A stretch of DNA of 62,151 nucleotides, filler included, from Nemertoderma westbladi (taxonomy: Eukaryota; Animalia; Xenacoelomorpha), in the NCBI GenBank assembly GCA_032718475.1. It is 3 parts of 3 records of this genome, joined end to end, with 100 filler letters (N's around TTAATTAATTAA, not from the genome) between each part and the next. Parts side by side here need not be neighbours in the genome. Positions count along the whole stretch, not along the records: positions 1 to 29,128 come from JAUCBJ010008554.1; 2 more parts are not named here. One strand, written 5' to 3'. Positions within the stretch are counted from its first letter, which is position 1; every line of letters begins with the position of its first letter. The notes beneath the pieces were generated by a model that made no database searches, was not told the origin of the DNA, and saw only the letters and a program-made list of their open reading frames with translations. A program made the translations under genes and the position numbers. This document shows positions 11,235 through 23,135 of the stretch, in pieces.

Positions 11235-14188
11235 TAGTTTAGAGTATTTTTGTATTTTAGAAACTGTGATTTTTTATATTTTATAGACTTGAATCCCATT
11301 TTCTGGGAGCGGTGTAAAAGCTTTTGCGGACATAACAAGTCATTTTTACGCAATGCGCAGAATACTCTAAAATAGCCCTAAAATTGTTCAACTACGCGTC
11401 GGAAAGAAATTAGAACCAAGATGACGAAATCTGTCAGCTGATTCTTTGTGTACATGGAGATTTCTTTGTTCAAGCTTATTTGAGCCAATCAGAGCAATCT
11501 TCCCAGTTATGCCAGCAGAGACCTACCTAAGAAAACTAGCGCATGCGCATTTAGGTATCGTTTTTCTGAGAATTAGATTCCTCTCAGAATTCTGTACTAA
11601 GTACGGTCTTTTCAGACTTTAGCCCAAGAACATCTGATGGCTGGAGTTATAAGGACGTAAATCTATTAACTGAATCACTGCACCACGAACAATTCATGCA
11701 ATTCAAATCATACGCATCATTCATGCGCATTTAATGACTGAACACATACTGACTGTTCACCGCACTGTTTTACTGCTGTTTTTTTATATTGTGTTAATTG
11801 TTGTTTATATTAATGGATGTTATATTTGGAGAATACCGATAAATAATCGTAAACCCCTCAATCTTCTTGATTACTGAGGTAAGCGGAGAAAGAGTTTACC
11901 GTTAGCAACTGCGACTTAAATTATAGTGGTTTTTGTGTGAATTAAATGCTATTTCATAATCCCTACGTGTCAGTTGCAATCCTCCTTATATATGATCAAA
12001 ATCAGTGACGGTTGGCAAATTAGTGTGAAGTCGTGTGAAGGTTAATAAAGCATCTCCTAAAGAATGCGCTATTTACGAAGCTCTATGGCCATCTAGTTGT
12101 GATTAGTATAAGTCATAACTCTGTTTTATACTTAAAGCGCCACGTCCTAAAGGAACTGTTAATATTTCCCCGAAAGTAAATATAGTTGTCAGAGATTATA
12201 TAGTAGCGATCAATCGAATAATACAAAGTAGCTTACACCGCAATACTTCCTCCGGAACCCGAATCCAGTCTCCCACACCGTGGGTCATACGCCGCGCACG
12301 GACTGGCTTCGGCAGATGTAAATTCAGTGCACCAGGTAATTGGTACGGGCAAAGTCGATTCATAATCAAAAGGACAATTAAAATTGGCAGGTTAAACTGC
12401 TAAAGGTCTGAAAGCGCGAAAACTGGCCAATCTCTCTACCAGCCGTTCCCCATTCCCTCTACCAATCAATCTCTACCAGCATTCCCAGCACCTGGCTGCC
12501 TTACACACACATCCTACCCATCGATGTACCAGCCAACTTGCATGTTGGCCAATAAATTAGCAGTATTTAATGATAATCAATTTTTTATGCCGTTTTAATT
12601 ACTTTAGATCAATTAAAGACACATTTATTAAAGCAAATCACTTGAACTAATTAAAAACTATAATATAATGGGGTATGTGGATTACATCTGTATAATTTTT
12701 AAGTATAATTATTGAAGTCTTATACTGTAAAATAATTAATTTCCTTTAACAGGCAGGTTGAAAGTGCTGTTTTTACCATAATCAATTTAATTAACTAATT
12801 AACTGCTATTATCTTAGCTTCTCGAAGGCCACACGAAAATTCAACTTGGAAAATTTATAAACTTTTGCCAAACAACATGTGTACCAAGTTTGGATAGATT
12901 TCATTAAAGATTGGCCGAGCTATTAACGTTTAAAATTGAACACTGCAAAAAAAGCGTCAGAACGACAGGTTGATTAATGGTACCACTACGCTAAGGCTCA
13001 CTCACTTCGTGGCTCGCCCCACAGACACACCGATTGAATTAGTGGTACCTGTACTGCTGTATGCTAAGCTCGCTTACTTTCGTCGCTCGCCCCACACGAA
13101 GGTCGAAAAGATTTTATTCTAATTAAATGAGATAGTTTCTTATGAATGATGAGATGAATGAAATGAGATAGTTTTCTAAAAGCTAAAAACAAACTGCGGC
13201 ATTCTGATTCACATTCAAATGTTTACGTATCACCTGATTTGACCCGACTTCAGTCTGAACAGGCATTCCTTCGACGTAAATCAAATCGCGATTCGAACAA
13301 TGTTGGGCGAAGTTCAGGAGGCGAAACATCAAACCCGATTGCCACCCCCACTGAAAGTTCGGACTCGGAAAACCACTAAAGGGAGAAAATTCCTGTAATT
13401 CAAACCCGCTTGTACAGTGTTGTACTTTTAATGCTCAGTCATTGGGTAACAAACTATTGGATCTTGAACTGTTTTTATCCGATTCAAGATGTGACTTAAT
13501 CGGTATTACCGAATCGTGGTTAACTGATGATATTACCGACGAGATGTTAAGTGGCGATGGGAAATTTAATGTGTATAGAAATGACCGTACTACTAGAGGT
13601 GGCGGTGTGGTCTTACTTGTTAAAAAAGAAATAATTGCTATAAAGGTTCCCCTAAATAACATGAAGTATGGTAGCGATATTGAAGTTGTTGCAGTAGATT
13701 TACTAAGTAACACTCCATCTCGTGTAATATGTGCATATAGATCGCCATCTTCTAGTATAGATACTGATACCCGTTTTTGTAAATATTTATCAGATTTATG
13801 TGAGGTACAGTACCCAGTCGCACTCTGTGGTGATTTTAATCTCAGACTATTTGACTGGCAAACAAATTCACACCCAGACAGTCCATTGTATAGTGTGTGA
13901 AGAGAATGGACATGGTTCTAGAATATAGAGTAAGAGAGGGTGACTAAAATTTTAAGAGTTAATTTACGCATAGCTAACCCTCAGGCATTTTATTAATAAT
14001 TAATTATATAATAATTTATAATAAAAGACCACACTCTTATTATTTTATTACACAATGCGTAGCTAGTATATTTTGAAATTATAAAAAAAAAATTTGTGAA
14101 AATATTGATACCTCTGACTCTGCGTGTCTAATATCTGTTATTTTAATCTACGAATTACGAACTTGATATCTGATTTGTCCAATTAATC

Positions 14189-15022
14189 ATGGGAGACTCT
14201 GCAACCGATACGTTTAACAAATGCCAAGACGCTATTTTATCACTTTTCGCCAAAGTAAAGCAAAAAAAGAGCGTTTCCATCGAGGACGAGAAGCTTATAA
14301 CGGCGCAACTCCATGCTATGAACTCACTGTACATGACGAATCTCGCCTCACTACCCCCAGTTTGGGAGAAATTAGCCAACTGCCAACAGGAACTAATCGA
14401 AGCAAAGAACGACCTAATTAAAGAAGTACGTCGGAACCCAACCACAGCCGGAGAAGGAACTGCCGGTACCGGTACACAAATCGGCCCAGCCCCACGTAAC
14501 TACAGCAATGCAGTTAGGAACGGAATTCCTGTACTTCCCCTACCTACGGGACCCGCGATACAGGTAGGGCACAACACTTTACACGCAAATTCAAGACCTC
14601 AGTCCACAATCACACGCGGGTGCAAAGTTGGTGGCCCCCTTCGCGCTGTAGCTTCAGCTTCTGAACGGCATATTAACAAGGAAATTATACCCACAGAAAG
14701 GAAGGCTCACATCTGCATAGGCCGCCTCGATCCAACGACCACAAGTGACGACGTTAAAAACTACCTCAGTAGCGAAAATCTTCCCTATGACGATGTGCTA
14801 TCCGTGGCGCTACATCCAGACTCACAGTATGCTACCTTTCACCTGATATGCAATCAAACTCACCGCAACTCCTTGATGGATCCTGACATCTGGGGGGAAG
14901 GGATATCTATTAAAAACTATAAAATGTCAAAAGACGAGCGCCAACGCTTTGGCCTGAAGCCACGTGACAACCGATCACTAGGAAATACAGTCTCTGGTTT
15001 GGAACAGCGTGATGTTATGTGA
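14189..15022 (+). CDS. LINE ORF1 (helical/coiled-coil N-terminus plus RRM-like C-terminal domain)
   Basis: 277 aa immediately upstream of ORF2; ICIGRLDPTTTSDDVKNYL...YATFHL...DPDIWGEGISIKNY is typical of LINE ORF1 RRM-like domains. Confidence 0.8.
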   Translation: MGDSATDTFNKCQDAILSLFAKVKQKKSVSIEDEKLITAQLHAMNSLYMTNLASLPPVWEKLANCQQELIEAKNDLIKEVRRNPTTAGEGTAGTGTQIGPAPRNYSNAVRNGIPVLPLPTGPAIQVGHNTLHANSRPQSTITRGCKVGGPLRAVASASERHINKEIIPTERKAHICIGRLDPTTTSDDVKNYLSSENLPYDDVLSVALHPDSQYATFHLICNQTHRNSLMDPDIWGEGISIKNYKMSKDERQRFGLKPRDNRSLGNTVSGLEQRDVM

Positions 15023-15034
15023 CATACAGCATAC

Positions 15035-18000
15035 ATGGGACTGCAGTGCGCGAGACAGCAGACCTCAACCTCCATGGGACCCGGCACTAACCCCGACGGC
15101 ATGGTCGCTCCCAGACCCGGCACCGACCCCAACGCCACGGTCCCTCCTGGGACCGGCACCGATCTCGAAGGCACGATCCCTCCCAGCACACATCCCCACG
15201 GCGTGGTCCCTCCCGGACCCGCCACCGACCCCAATGCTGTGGTCCCTACTGGGTCCGGCACTGATCTCGAAGGCGCGATCCCTACCAGCACACACCCCGG
15301 CGGCGTGGTCCCTCCCGGACCCGGCACCAGCCCAAACATTAATCACTATGAGCGAGTCCCAGCAGCTATTATTAAGGTTAAGTTATGGAATGTAGAAGGC
15401 TTATCATACATACTCAACTCGATTTCAGATGATGAGCTATTTCAAAATTCGGACATTCTCTTACTTACAGAAACATTCTATCTTGGTACAAATCTGGATT
15501 GCATCTCAAATTACTACGCATATATACAACAAGCAGAGAAACAAGGATGAGGTCGCCCAAAAGGCGGATTAATGATTCTGGCAAAGCCATGGATTAACCC
15601 ATCCCCTGTTTTCAAATCAAACTGTTGCATTATCATAAAATCTGATCTAGCATACTTTTCTGTTTTCTACTTCCCTCCAGATACACCTATATCACATATA
15701 ACCTTAGAGATCACATCCTCCTTGACCCAGACCGATAACTCATGCCCAATAGTGGTTGGAGGTGACTTCAACTGTAGAGTTGACTCTGGGGAACGTGGAC
15801 ACCAACTAACAGACTTTCTGACATCACTTGGCTTTATTGCTTTAAATTATTCATCATCTCATACCTATATATCACCCCAGGGCGAAAGCACAATAGACTT
15901 GATCTTTATAAAATTCACAAATACTTTACCTGATTCAACGCCAAAGCCCCAAATAACACTTAACCCCATTAGAAAACACCAAAGCGTGTCAGCTGAAATT
16001 CCATTCACAAACAATCCTGTACATATGGAGACTCGACCAAAAGCCTTAAGCAGAAAGCTTAACATGTCCTATCTGGAAAACCACCACAACATCCCATCTA
16101 TGGTTGAAGCAATAGATAACTCCGACCCCAATAAGGCAACAAAACTATTAGCTGAAATAATTTCCAGTTCAGTTTACCCCAAAGGGAAAAGACTACATAA
16201 AGGCAAACCATGGTTTGATCAGGAATGTTGCAATATAAAACGACAACTTATATCAGCCATACAATCTCGAAATATTTCAGCTGCTCATTCAACTCACTTC
16301 TATCAGCTCCGTCGATCATATAAAACTCTTATTAAAACTAAACGAGCTGCATTTGAAGAAAATTATTTCCTGGAAAGAATCCAAAAGTCAGATATAAACC
16401 CCTGGAGTCTTCTTAAAACTAGGAAACCAACTGTCGCTTCAGTAGATTTAAATAAACTGGAGACACATTTTCGAAACATCATCGGAACTAACAAAGACCC
16501 AGCACAGTTACCCGCAGCTGCCACTGTAACACAGAGTGAAACCTCCGCGGACTGTTGGTATAACGATAAAATATCAACTGAAGAAGTAACTAGAACTATT
16601 AATGAGGCGGGCAATAACAAAGCCAGTGGTCCAGATCAGCTCTATTATGAGCATTTAAAACAAGTTCCACCAGTGATAATCGCCTTGATCACTATGTTGT
16701 TCAATGTGTGCCTCTGCCTAGGGAAGATACCTGATTTGTGGAAAAGAAGTATAATTGTAATACTTTACAAAGGAAAGGGGTCTCTAATGGAACCTGATAA
16801 CTATCGTGGCATTGCCCTTCTCTGTGTGCTGCTTAAAACTCTCACTTCTATTATCAATAAACGAGTGCTCAAACATATTATAATTCGGTTACCAGCTGCC
16901 CAGTTTGGCTTCATTCCAGGGAAATCTGCACAACAAGCAATTAGGCGTCTTCTTAAGGAAATATCATCAAATCTAACCTCGAAATCGTGCCCAGAACGTA
17001 AAGTTTACGCAGCATTTATAGACTTTCGTAAAGCCTTTGACTTTGTCAGTCGCGCCATTCTACTCTCAAAATTATATGGGTTTGGTATTAAAGGGAAATT
17101 GTATCTATTAATTAAAGATCTGTTTACTAATAACGTCCAGGTGTTTGATGGTTTACGTCTTTCCGACGTCATAACCCAACTCAGAGGTGTGCTGCAAGGT
17201 GACTCCTTCTCACCCACCTGCTTCGTAGTATTTATCGCAGATCTAGCTATAGCACTGCAGAACGCAGCCCAAGCACTTCGGTTCCTGTTCTATGCGGACG
17301 ATCTGGTCTTCTATTCTTCAAGGCGAGAGGATATCCAAACGGGTCTTGATGCACTTTACAACTGGTGCCAGCTCAATGGGATGGAAGTAAATTTAATTAA
17401 AACAAAAATAATAAAGTTCAGGAACGGGGGGCCATTAGCAAAGGATGACATATTTCTATATAATAACAAACTTGTCCAAATCACTAATGAATATGAGTAC
17501 CTGGGAATTATTTTACAGCCGTCACTATGTTTCGCAAAACATGTCCAACATAAAAAGATAAAAGCCTCGAAAGTTATTGGGTCACTTACGTTCTTGCCTC
17601 ACATCTCAGTCGATGCAGGTATGAAGATCTATAAGATGAAAGTTGAACCATTGGTCCTATACTCAATAGCGGAATTTGGCAAGTATCTCACCCTAGCGAA
17701 TCTAAAAGAACTCGACAAGGTGAAATCAATGTTCATAAAACGAATGCTCCGGCTGCATCAATCTTCCTCAGCAACACTAGCACATAAACTTGTCAAAGAG
17801 TATACGCTTGTGGAAGAATTAATCTCAAAATCCCCTCAAATTCTCAACCCTGATGTTGTTGAAAAATACAAGATACATCGTAGAGACAGAGTAGGAAATT
17901 TCGAACAGGAGGGTTACTTATCTGGACCGGCGTTCCAAACGTCTGTATGGCACCAAGCCAACCAAAGCAACCGCCACTTACTCACGCGCTGTACCTCGCA

Positions 18001-18166
18001 CGGGTTCCATCATAAGATTTGCGCCCACAACCGCTCATTCCATTCCCCTCAACAGAGCTGCGTGTGCCGGTACTGCGGCCAATCCGCCCACCACCGCTAC
18101 CACGTATTGGATTGTACCAGCTGTCCCTCTCTATCCGTCATTGCCCATGTTAATAACTCAGTTTAA
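15035..18166 (+). CDS. LINE ORF2 (Pro/Gly/Thr repeat + APE endonuclease + reverse transcriptase + Cys/His C-terminus) with one in-frame TGA at 15548-15550
   Basis: 15035-15550 and 15572-18166 are in the same frame. Motifs: WNVEGL, LTETF, G*GRPKGG, GGDFN, STIDL, ASGPD, NYRGIAL, QFGF, DFRKAFD, GVLQGD, FYADD, YLG, HGFHHKIC..CVCRYC..HRYHVLDC. Confidence 0.92.
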
Positions 18167-18279
18167 ATATATATTTTATTAATTTATTTTTATGTCATCA
18201 CTACCGATTTGCGTTTTATACTTACAATTTTAGATTCGATACAGAATATACATTATACATTTTACCCCGTCCGGGGTGT

Positions 18280-18319
<40 letters not shown>

Positions 18320-20290
18320 ATTTGCAAACTTTATCCTGGATAATGGTTTAACTCAATTACAGTACAACCCCACACGATTGAGTAGTGTTCTTGATTTGGT
18401 GTTTACGTCAGATGAGTTATTTATTTCTAATGTTCATGTTTCTGCTGGTTTAGGTACGAGTGATCACGATGGATCAGTATTTTTTAGCATTTTCACCCCG
18501 CAACCGGAAACTTATGATGACCGCGATTTTTATTATGATTTTAAAAATGCAGATTATGTAAACTTTTCTAGATTTGTTGATAATAATAATTGGGTATCCG
18601 AGTATGAATCATGTATATCTGTAAATGACTACTGGACAACATTTAGTAATATTTTAAAATCTGGTATAGAACGTTTTGTTCCTCGAATTTTACTGCGAAA
18701 GTCAAATAAGAGATCATATCCGGCTTACGTACGAACTCTTCAAAAAAAGAAAAAAATAGCGTGGCGGCGAAGACACACTGTAGATGGCCAGGCCGAATAC
18801 AAAAGGTGTGCCAAAGCAGCTTCAAAGGCGGTTTACCGTGCCGCATGTATTCGTGAAAATAAGATACTAAGTTCTGGTAAGTCGGATGCAATTTTCTCTT
18901 ACGTAAATTCAAAGCGTAACAATCGAGCTGGTATTTCCGCTTTTAAGTACAATGGTAGTATTATTGTTGACGATTGCGCGAGAGCTAATATACTTGCAAG
19001 TGTGTTTACAGAAAATTTCACCACTGATGATAATGTTTTGCCAAATTTTACCAATAAAGTATCTTCTAGTGTGCATATATCGAATATAGACTTTTCACCT
19101 GTTAATGTTTTTTCAGTTCTTCGTAAATTAGAGACTAAATTAAGCAGAACTCCTGATGGTTTACCATGTTACATATTTTCTAAACTGGCGCGTTGTCTGG
19201 CGGCTCCTTTATCTGTAATTTTTAAGGTATCATTTGAATCACACACTTTACCCGACATATGGCGTACAGCCGATATTATACCCTTATTTAAAAAGGGAGA
19301 TCCAACTGATCCTTACAATTATCGTCCCATATGACTTACTTGTATTGGTTGTAAAATAATGGAATTATGTATAAAAACAGAATTGCTTGATTATCTACGG
19401 ACAAACCATATAATAACAAAGTCTCAACATGGTTTCATGAAGAGACGGTCTACATGTACACAACTTTTGGAATCTACAAACCAATGGTACAAACACCTTG
19501 ATAATCGCAATTCCGTTGATATAATTTATGTAGATCTAGCTAAGGCCTTTGACTCTGTGGTACATAACAAGTTGGTGCATAAGTTGTCTTGCTATGGTAT
19601 ATCAGGTAATTTATTATTATGGATTAGGGCTTTTCTTTCCAATCGCACGCAACGCGTGGTTGTTGGAAATCAGCATTCGATAACTTGTGACGTCATTTCC
19701 GGCACCCCCAGGGTAGTGTATTGGGTCCCCTTCTCTTCCTGTTGTTTGTAAACGACCTGCCAGACATAATTAGTCCAGTTACCTGTCAGCTGTTTGCCGA
19801 CGATTTGAAAATGTATGCGAAGAGTGATGATAGTCATCTTTTAATTTCAGCTATTCAGAGGTTGGAATTTTGGACCAAAAACTGGCAGCTTAAAATAGCA
19901 GTTGATAAATGTAGAGTTATCCATGTGGGTGCAAAGAAAGTGAATGGTGCAGTCGATTTTTATTTGAATGACATTTTAATTAATTCTGATTGTAAGTTCA
20001 AAGACCTAGGTGTCCTTATTGCTGATAATTTAAAGTTTGAACTACATTGTAAGGAGAAGGTTTCTAAGGCTCTCAAAATCGTTAATTTAATATTTCGTTG
20101 TTTTTATACAGATAATATGAGTGCATTGTTGAAAGCGTATACAAGTTATGTCAGACCTATACTTGAATATTGCACCCCTATTTGGTCACCGTTTCAATTG
20201 GGTAGTATAGATCTAGTTGAACGCGTGCAGCGTTATTTTACACGCAGGTTATACGCCCGTTGTGGCCTGAGTCGTAATAATTATATTAAA

Positions 20291-20576
20291 CATAGGTTCC
20301 ACCTTGGTGTAGTGGTTGCATTGAATTCACATCTCCCGTAGGTCGTGGGTTCGATCCTCACATGGGCCAGGGCAGTTTTCGTTTCGGCACGAATGCTTTA
20401 AAGGAACCAGCCAGGGCGCATCTCTGCCTTGCATCCTTAAGTGGTAGCTAAATGAGTACTGGAGTTTCCTCTGAGGAGTAAAGTTCTGGGGGGACCGCAC
20501 TGGAAATAAGTCGTCAGACTTTGTGCGTAATCCCTGGCCTAGCGGCCGAAGAAAATTTACTTTACTTTTTACTTTT
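20291..20576 (+). mobile_element. tRNA-derived SINE inserted in the CR1 ORF2
   Basis: A box TGGTGTAGTGG, B box GGTTCGATCC, central GCCTTGCATCCTT..GGTAGCTAAATGAGTAC, (TTTAC)n tail; the CR1 frame NNYIK|RLEFLNLQPL rejoins across it. Confidence 0.88.
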
Positions 20577-21508
20577 AACGTTTAGAGTTTTTAAATTTGC
20601 AGCCACTGGATGTCCGTAGAATTATATTTGATTTAAAAATGACTTACAATATTTTTAATAATGGTGTTGATTTAGATTTTAATTCATTTTTTACTGCATC
20701 GTGTCATTCTACGCGTAGCAATGGTTATAAATTATTTATAAATCGTTATAGACTCCAGATTACTAAGTACAGTTTTGCAAACCGAGTAGTGCCAATTTGG
20801 AATAGTTTGCCGCCAGACGTTGTAAACGCGCACAGTTTAAATATTTTTTCAAGAAAATTGCGTAACGTAGAACTAATGCAACACTGTCTTTTTGACAGAC
20901 ATTTGTAAATATTTTTATTTTGTATATACTCTCATGTGCATTTTTTAAATTCTCATATATTTGTGCCCATTTTTTAAAATCTGCTTCATCACACACTGTT
21001 TGTTCATGGTTACATATTTGTTATTTTATGCTACTACGTACGCTTATTTGTTGTAATTACATAACGTTTTTATCAGTTTATTGCATCATAGATTACAATA
21101 ATTTTAAATTACTTACCGTTATACTGTATAATTAGTAAAGCTTTCGAAATGAGTATTCCGATCCGATGCTAGGTTACCTATTAGTGCTCCCGGAAGGGAA
21201 CCTTGGTGATTTTCTCCCTTTAATTTTAATATTTTAATCTGTGTGTTTCCGATTTAAATTTTAATATTAATTGTGAAATAAATAAATAAAATAAAATAAA
21301 TTATGTCGCAATCGCAAAGTCTAATTGATTTTAATACGGTTTCACATTCAGTATAGCACTGTCAGATATGGGGATAGTACAGTACGGTACTGCAGTATAA
21401 CTGACTGACTGAGTATGCAGTATTACTGTATGCTGGCATGCAGGTCAGCAGGTATGCAGATGGTGGTACTGACATACAGACATAGGCCTACTGACTGATG
21501 TAGCCTAC

Positions 21509-22425
21509 CGGTCCTACTAATTACCCAACTTTACCCAAATCTACCCAACTTTACCCAAACTTACCCAACTTTACCCCACTTTACCCAACTTTTTACCCAA
21601 CTTTACCCAAATTTACCCCACTTTACCCAATACCACCCAACTTTACCCAACTTTACCCAATCGAATACCCAACTACCTATCTGCCGACCAGTGCTGCAGT
21701 GATGCAATACAGTACAGCAGAAGGCTTACTTACTTACTACAGTACCGGACCAGTAGGCCTACTGTCTGACAGTAGCATTCCAGCAGTTAGTCTGTAATAC
21801 AGTAGGTCATAGTAGGAATGGTTTGTATCAGTGTAGGCCTATGCAGCTATCTGGCTATGGCTTCATGTTTATAGCTGTATAGTCATACTCCAGTCAGCCA
21901 GTACTTCAGTACTTATAATCATAACATCTGAACATAACACATCCAGACATCAATAAAATGATCAATATGGCTGTATGAGGGTGCATTTCGGGGTAGTGAT
22001 GTTCTATAGAATAGACTTTAGTTTATTGTTTTGGTTAGAATAACGTGCCACTATAACCTGTTCCTTTCCCTAAATTGAGAATTTAACATTCAGGTTGAGA
22101 TATGCATCAAGTTTCCCTCTGCAGCCTTGCCTCCACTCCAATCAGCCATTGGCAGATTGGATATGGTAGATAGGCCTAACTACTGAACTAATTGATTAGG
22201 CCTGATGATGGATTGATGGATTGAAATGATTGGGTAAAGTTGGGTGGTATTGGGTAAAGTTGGGTAAAGTGGATTGGGTAATTGATTGGGTGAAGTTGGG
22301 TAAAGTTGGGTGGTATTGGGTAAAGTGTGGTATAGTTGGGTAAAGTTGGGTAAAATTGGGTAAAGTTGGGTGAAGTTGGGTAAAGTTGGGTGGAGTTGGG
22401 TAAAGTTGGGTATTTAGTAGGACCC
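21509..22425. mobile_element. Foldback-type element with tandem 10-mer (TTACCCAACT) arms and 8-bp TSD
   Basis: TIR (C/G)GGTCCTACTAA; arms 21521-21675 and 22230-22412 are inverted; TSD TAGCCTAC at 21501-21508 and 22426-22433. Confidence 0.88.
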
Positions 22426-22792
22426 TAGCCTACTGTACGACATACACAACCTGTCACCTGTCAGCCTGTAGGCCTATATAATACTGTAATAAGTAATTTC
22501 TATCGCTATCGGTTCAACATCCAAGGCAGCAGCTGCATCGGCAATAATATATAGGCTGATAGCTGGATAGGCCTACGTCAGTACGTAACGTAGGCCTACT
22601 CCCACTCTTAATAATTACCGTAATAACCTTCTGACCTCTATCAGTTTATTATCATACCGGTCAGCGGCAGCGGTCAGCCGGTACGGGGGGATACATGACC
22701 GAACGTAATCAGGATCGAATGTAACATAGTTATTTCGTATCGAACGTAGCCTCAATTATGTTACATTGGATCCTATAACTATGTTACATTCG

Positions 22793-23054
22793 GGTACAAT
22801 CCGGATTCAGGGCCCTCCACGCTCCACCTATTCTGCTGTGCTGTGTGTTGTTTACTCTGACCCAACTGACCGGTTGTTTTGGTTAGATGTCCCGCCTCTG
22901 TAACCTGCTTCTTTCCCTGATATGGTAAAGTGGCCGTTTATTGTTTTGGTTAAAAAGGGCCGCCTCTGTAACCTGCTCCTTCCCTTTATTTTGTAAAATG
23001 ACTGTTTATTGTTTTGGACTGGCAGACTGGAGGGCCCCCAGTCCGGTTATTACC
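22793..23054. mobile_element. Small MITE with GGT termini and 8-bp TSD (Merlin-like)
   Basis: Imperfect TIR GGTACAATCCGGA..GGGCCCTCCA / TGGAGGGCCCC..TCCGGTTATTACC; TSD TACATTCG. Confidence 0.78.
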
Positions 23055-23135
23055 TACATTCGATCTACAAATTACTAAGCTCGAATGCAACATTGCCATT
23101 TACAGATTTAAAGGAGCAGGTTACAGACAGACAGA

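Larger units (their letters stand above)
3354..11928. repeat. Near-identical direct duplication: ~3354-6127 versus ~7701-11928
   Basis: Constant offset of 4347 before and 5801 after the 7943-9394 insertion; only scattered SNPs; identity stops at 6127/11928. Confidence 0.95.
13892..18316 (+). mobile_element. Full-length two-ORF non-LTR retrotransposon, RTE-X-like, nested in the CR1 endonuclease domain
   Basis: 5' UTR, ORF1, ORF2 and a ~30-nt poly(A) at 18286-18316. The host frame rejoins across it (HPDSPLY|NLFANF). Clade assignment rests on recalled C-terminal motifs. Confidence 0.9.
13165..21300 (+). mobile_element. CR1-group LINE, 5'-truncated and inactivated, host of two insertions
   Basis: ORF1 tail (NVYVSPDLT, ~13230). 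APE endonuclease 13420-13891 (FNAQSL, ITESWL, RGGGV, GDFN) continues at 18315 (LDLVF, SDH). RT motifs NYRPI*, QHGF, DLAKAFDSV, GTPQG (frameshift ~19708), LFADD, DLGV, RPILEYC, WNSLP. 3' AAATAAAT repeats at ~21277-21300. Confidence 0.93.

Noticed and set aside
14917-15395. Overlapping ORFs 14917-15339(-), 15009-15395(+) and 15065-15346(-)
   Set aside because: They are by-products of a GC-rich tandem repeat lacking stops; only the 15035 frame continues into the endonuclease.
21521-22412. Interstitial telomere fusion
   Set aside because: The decamer arms are bounded by a TIR and an 8-bp TSD, so it is a foldback transposon.
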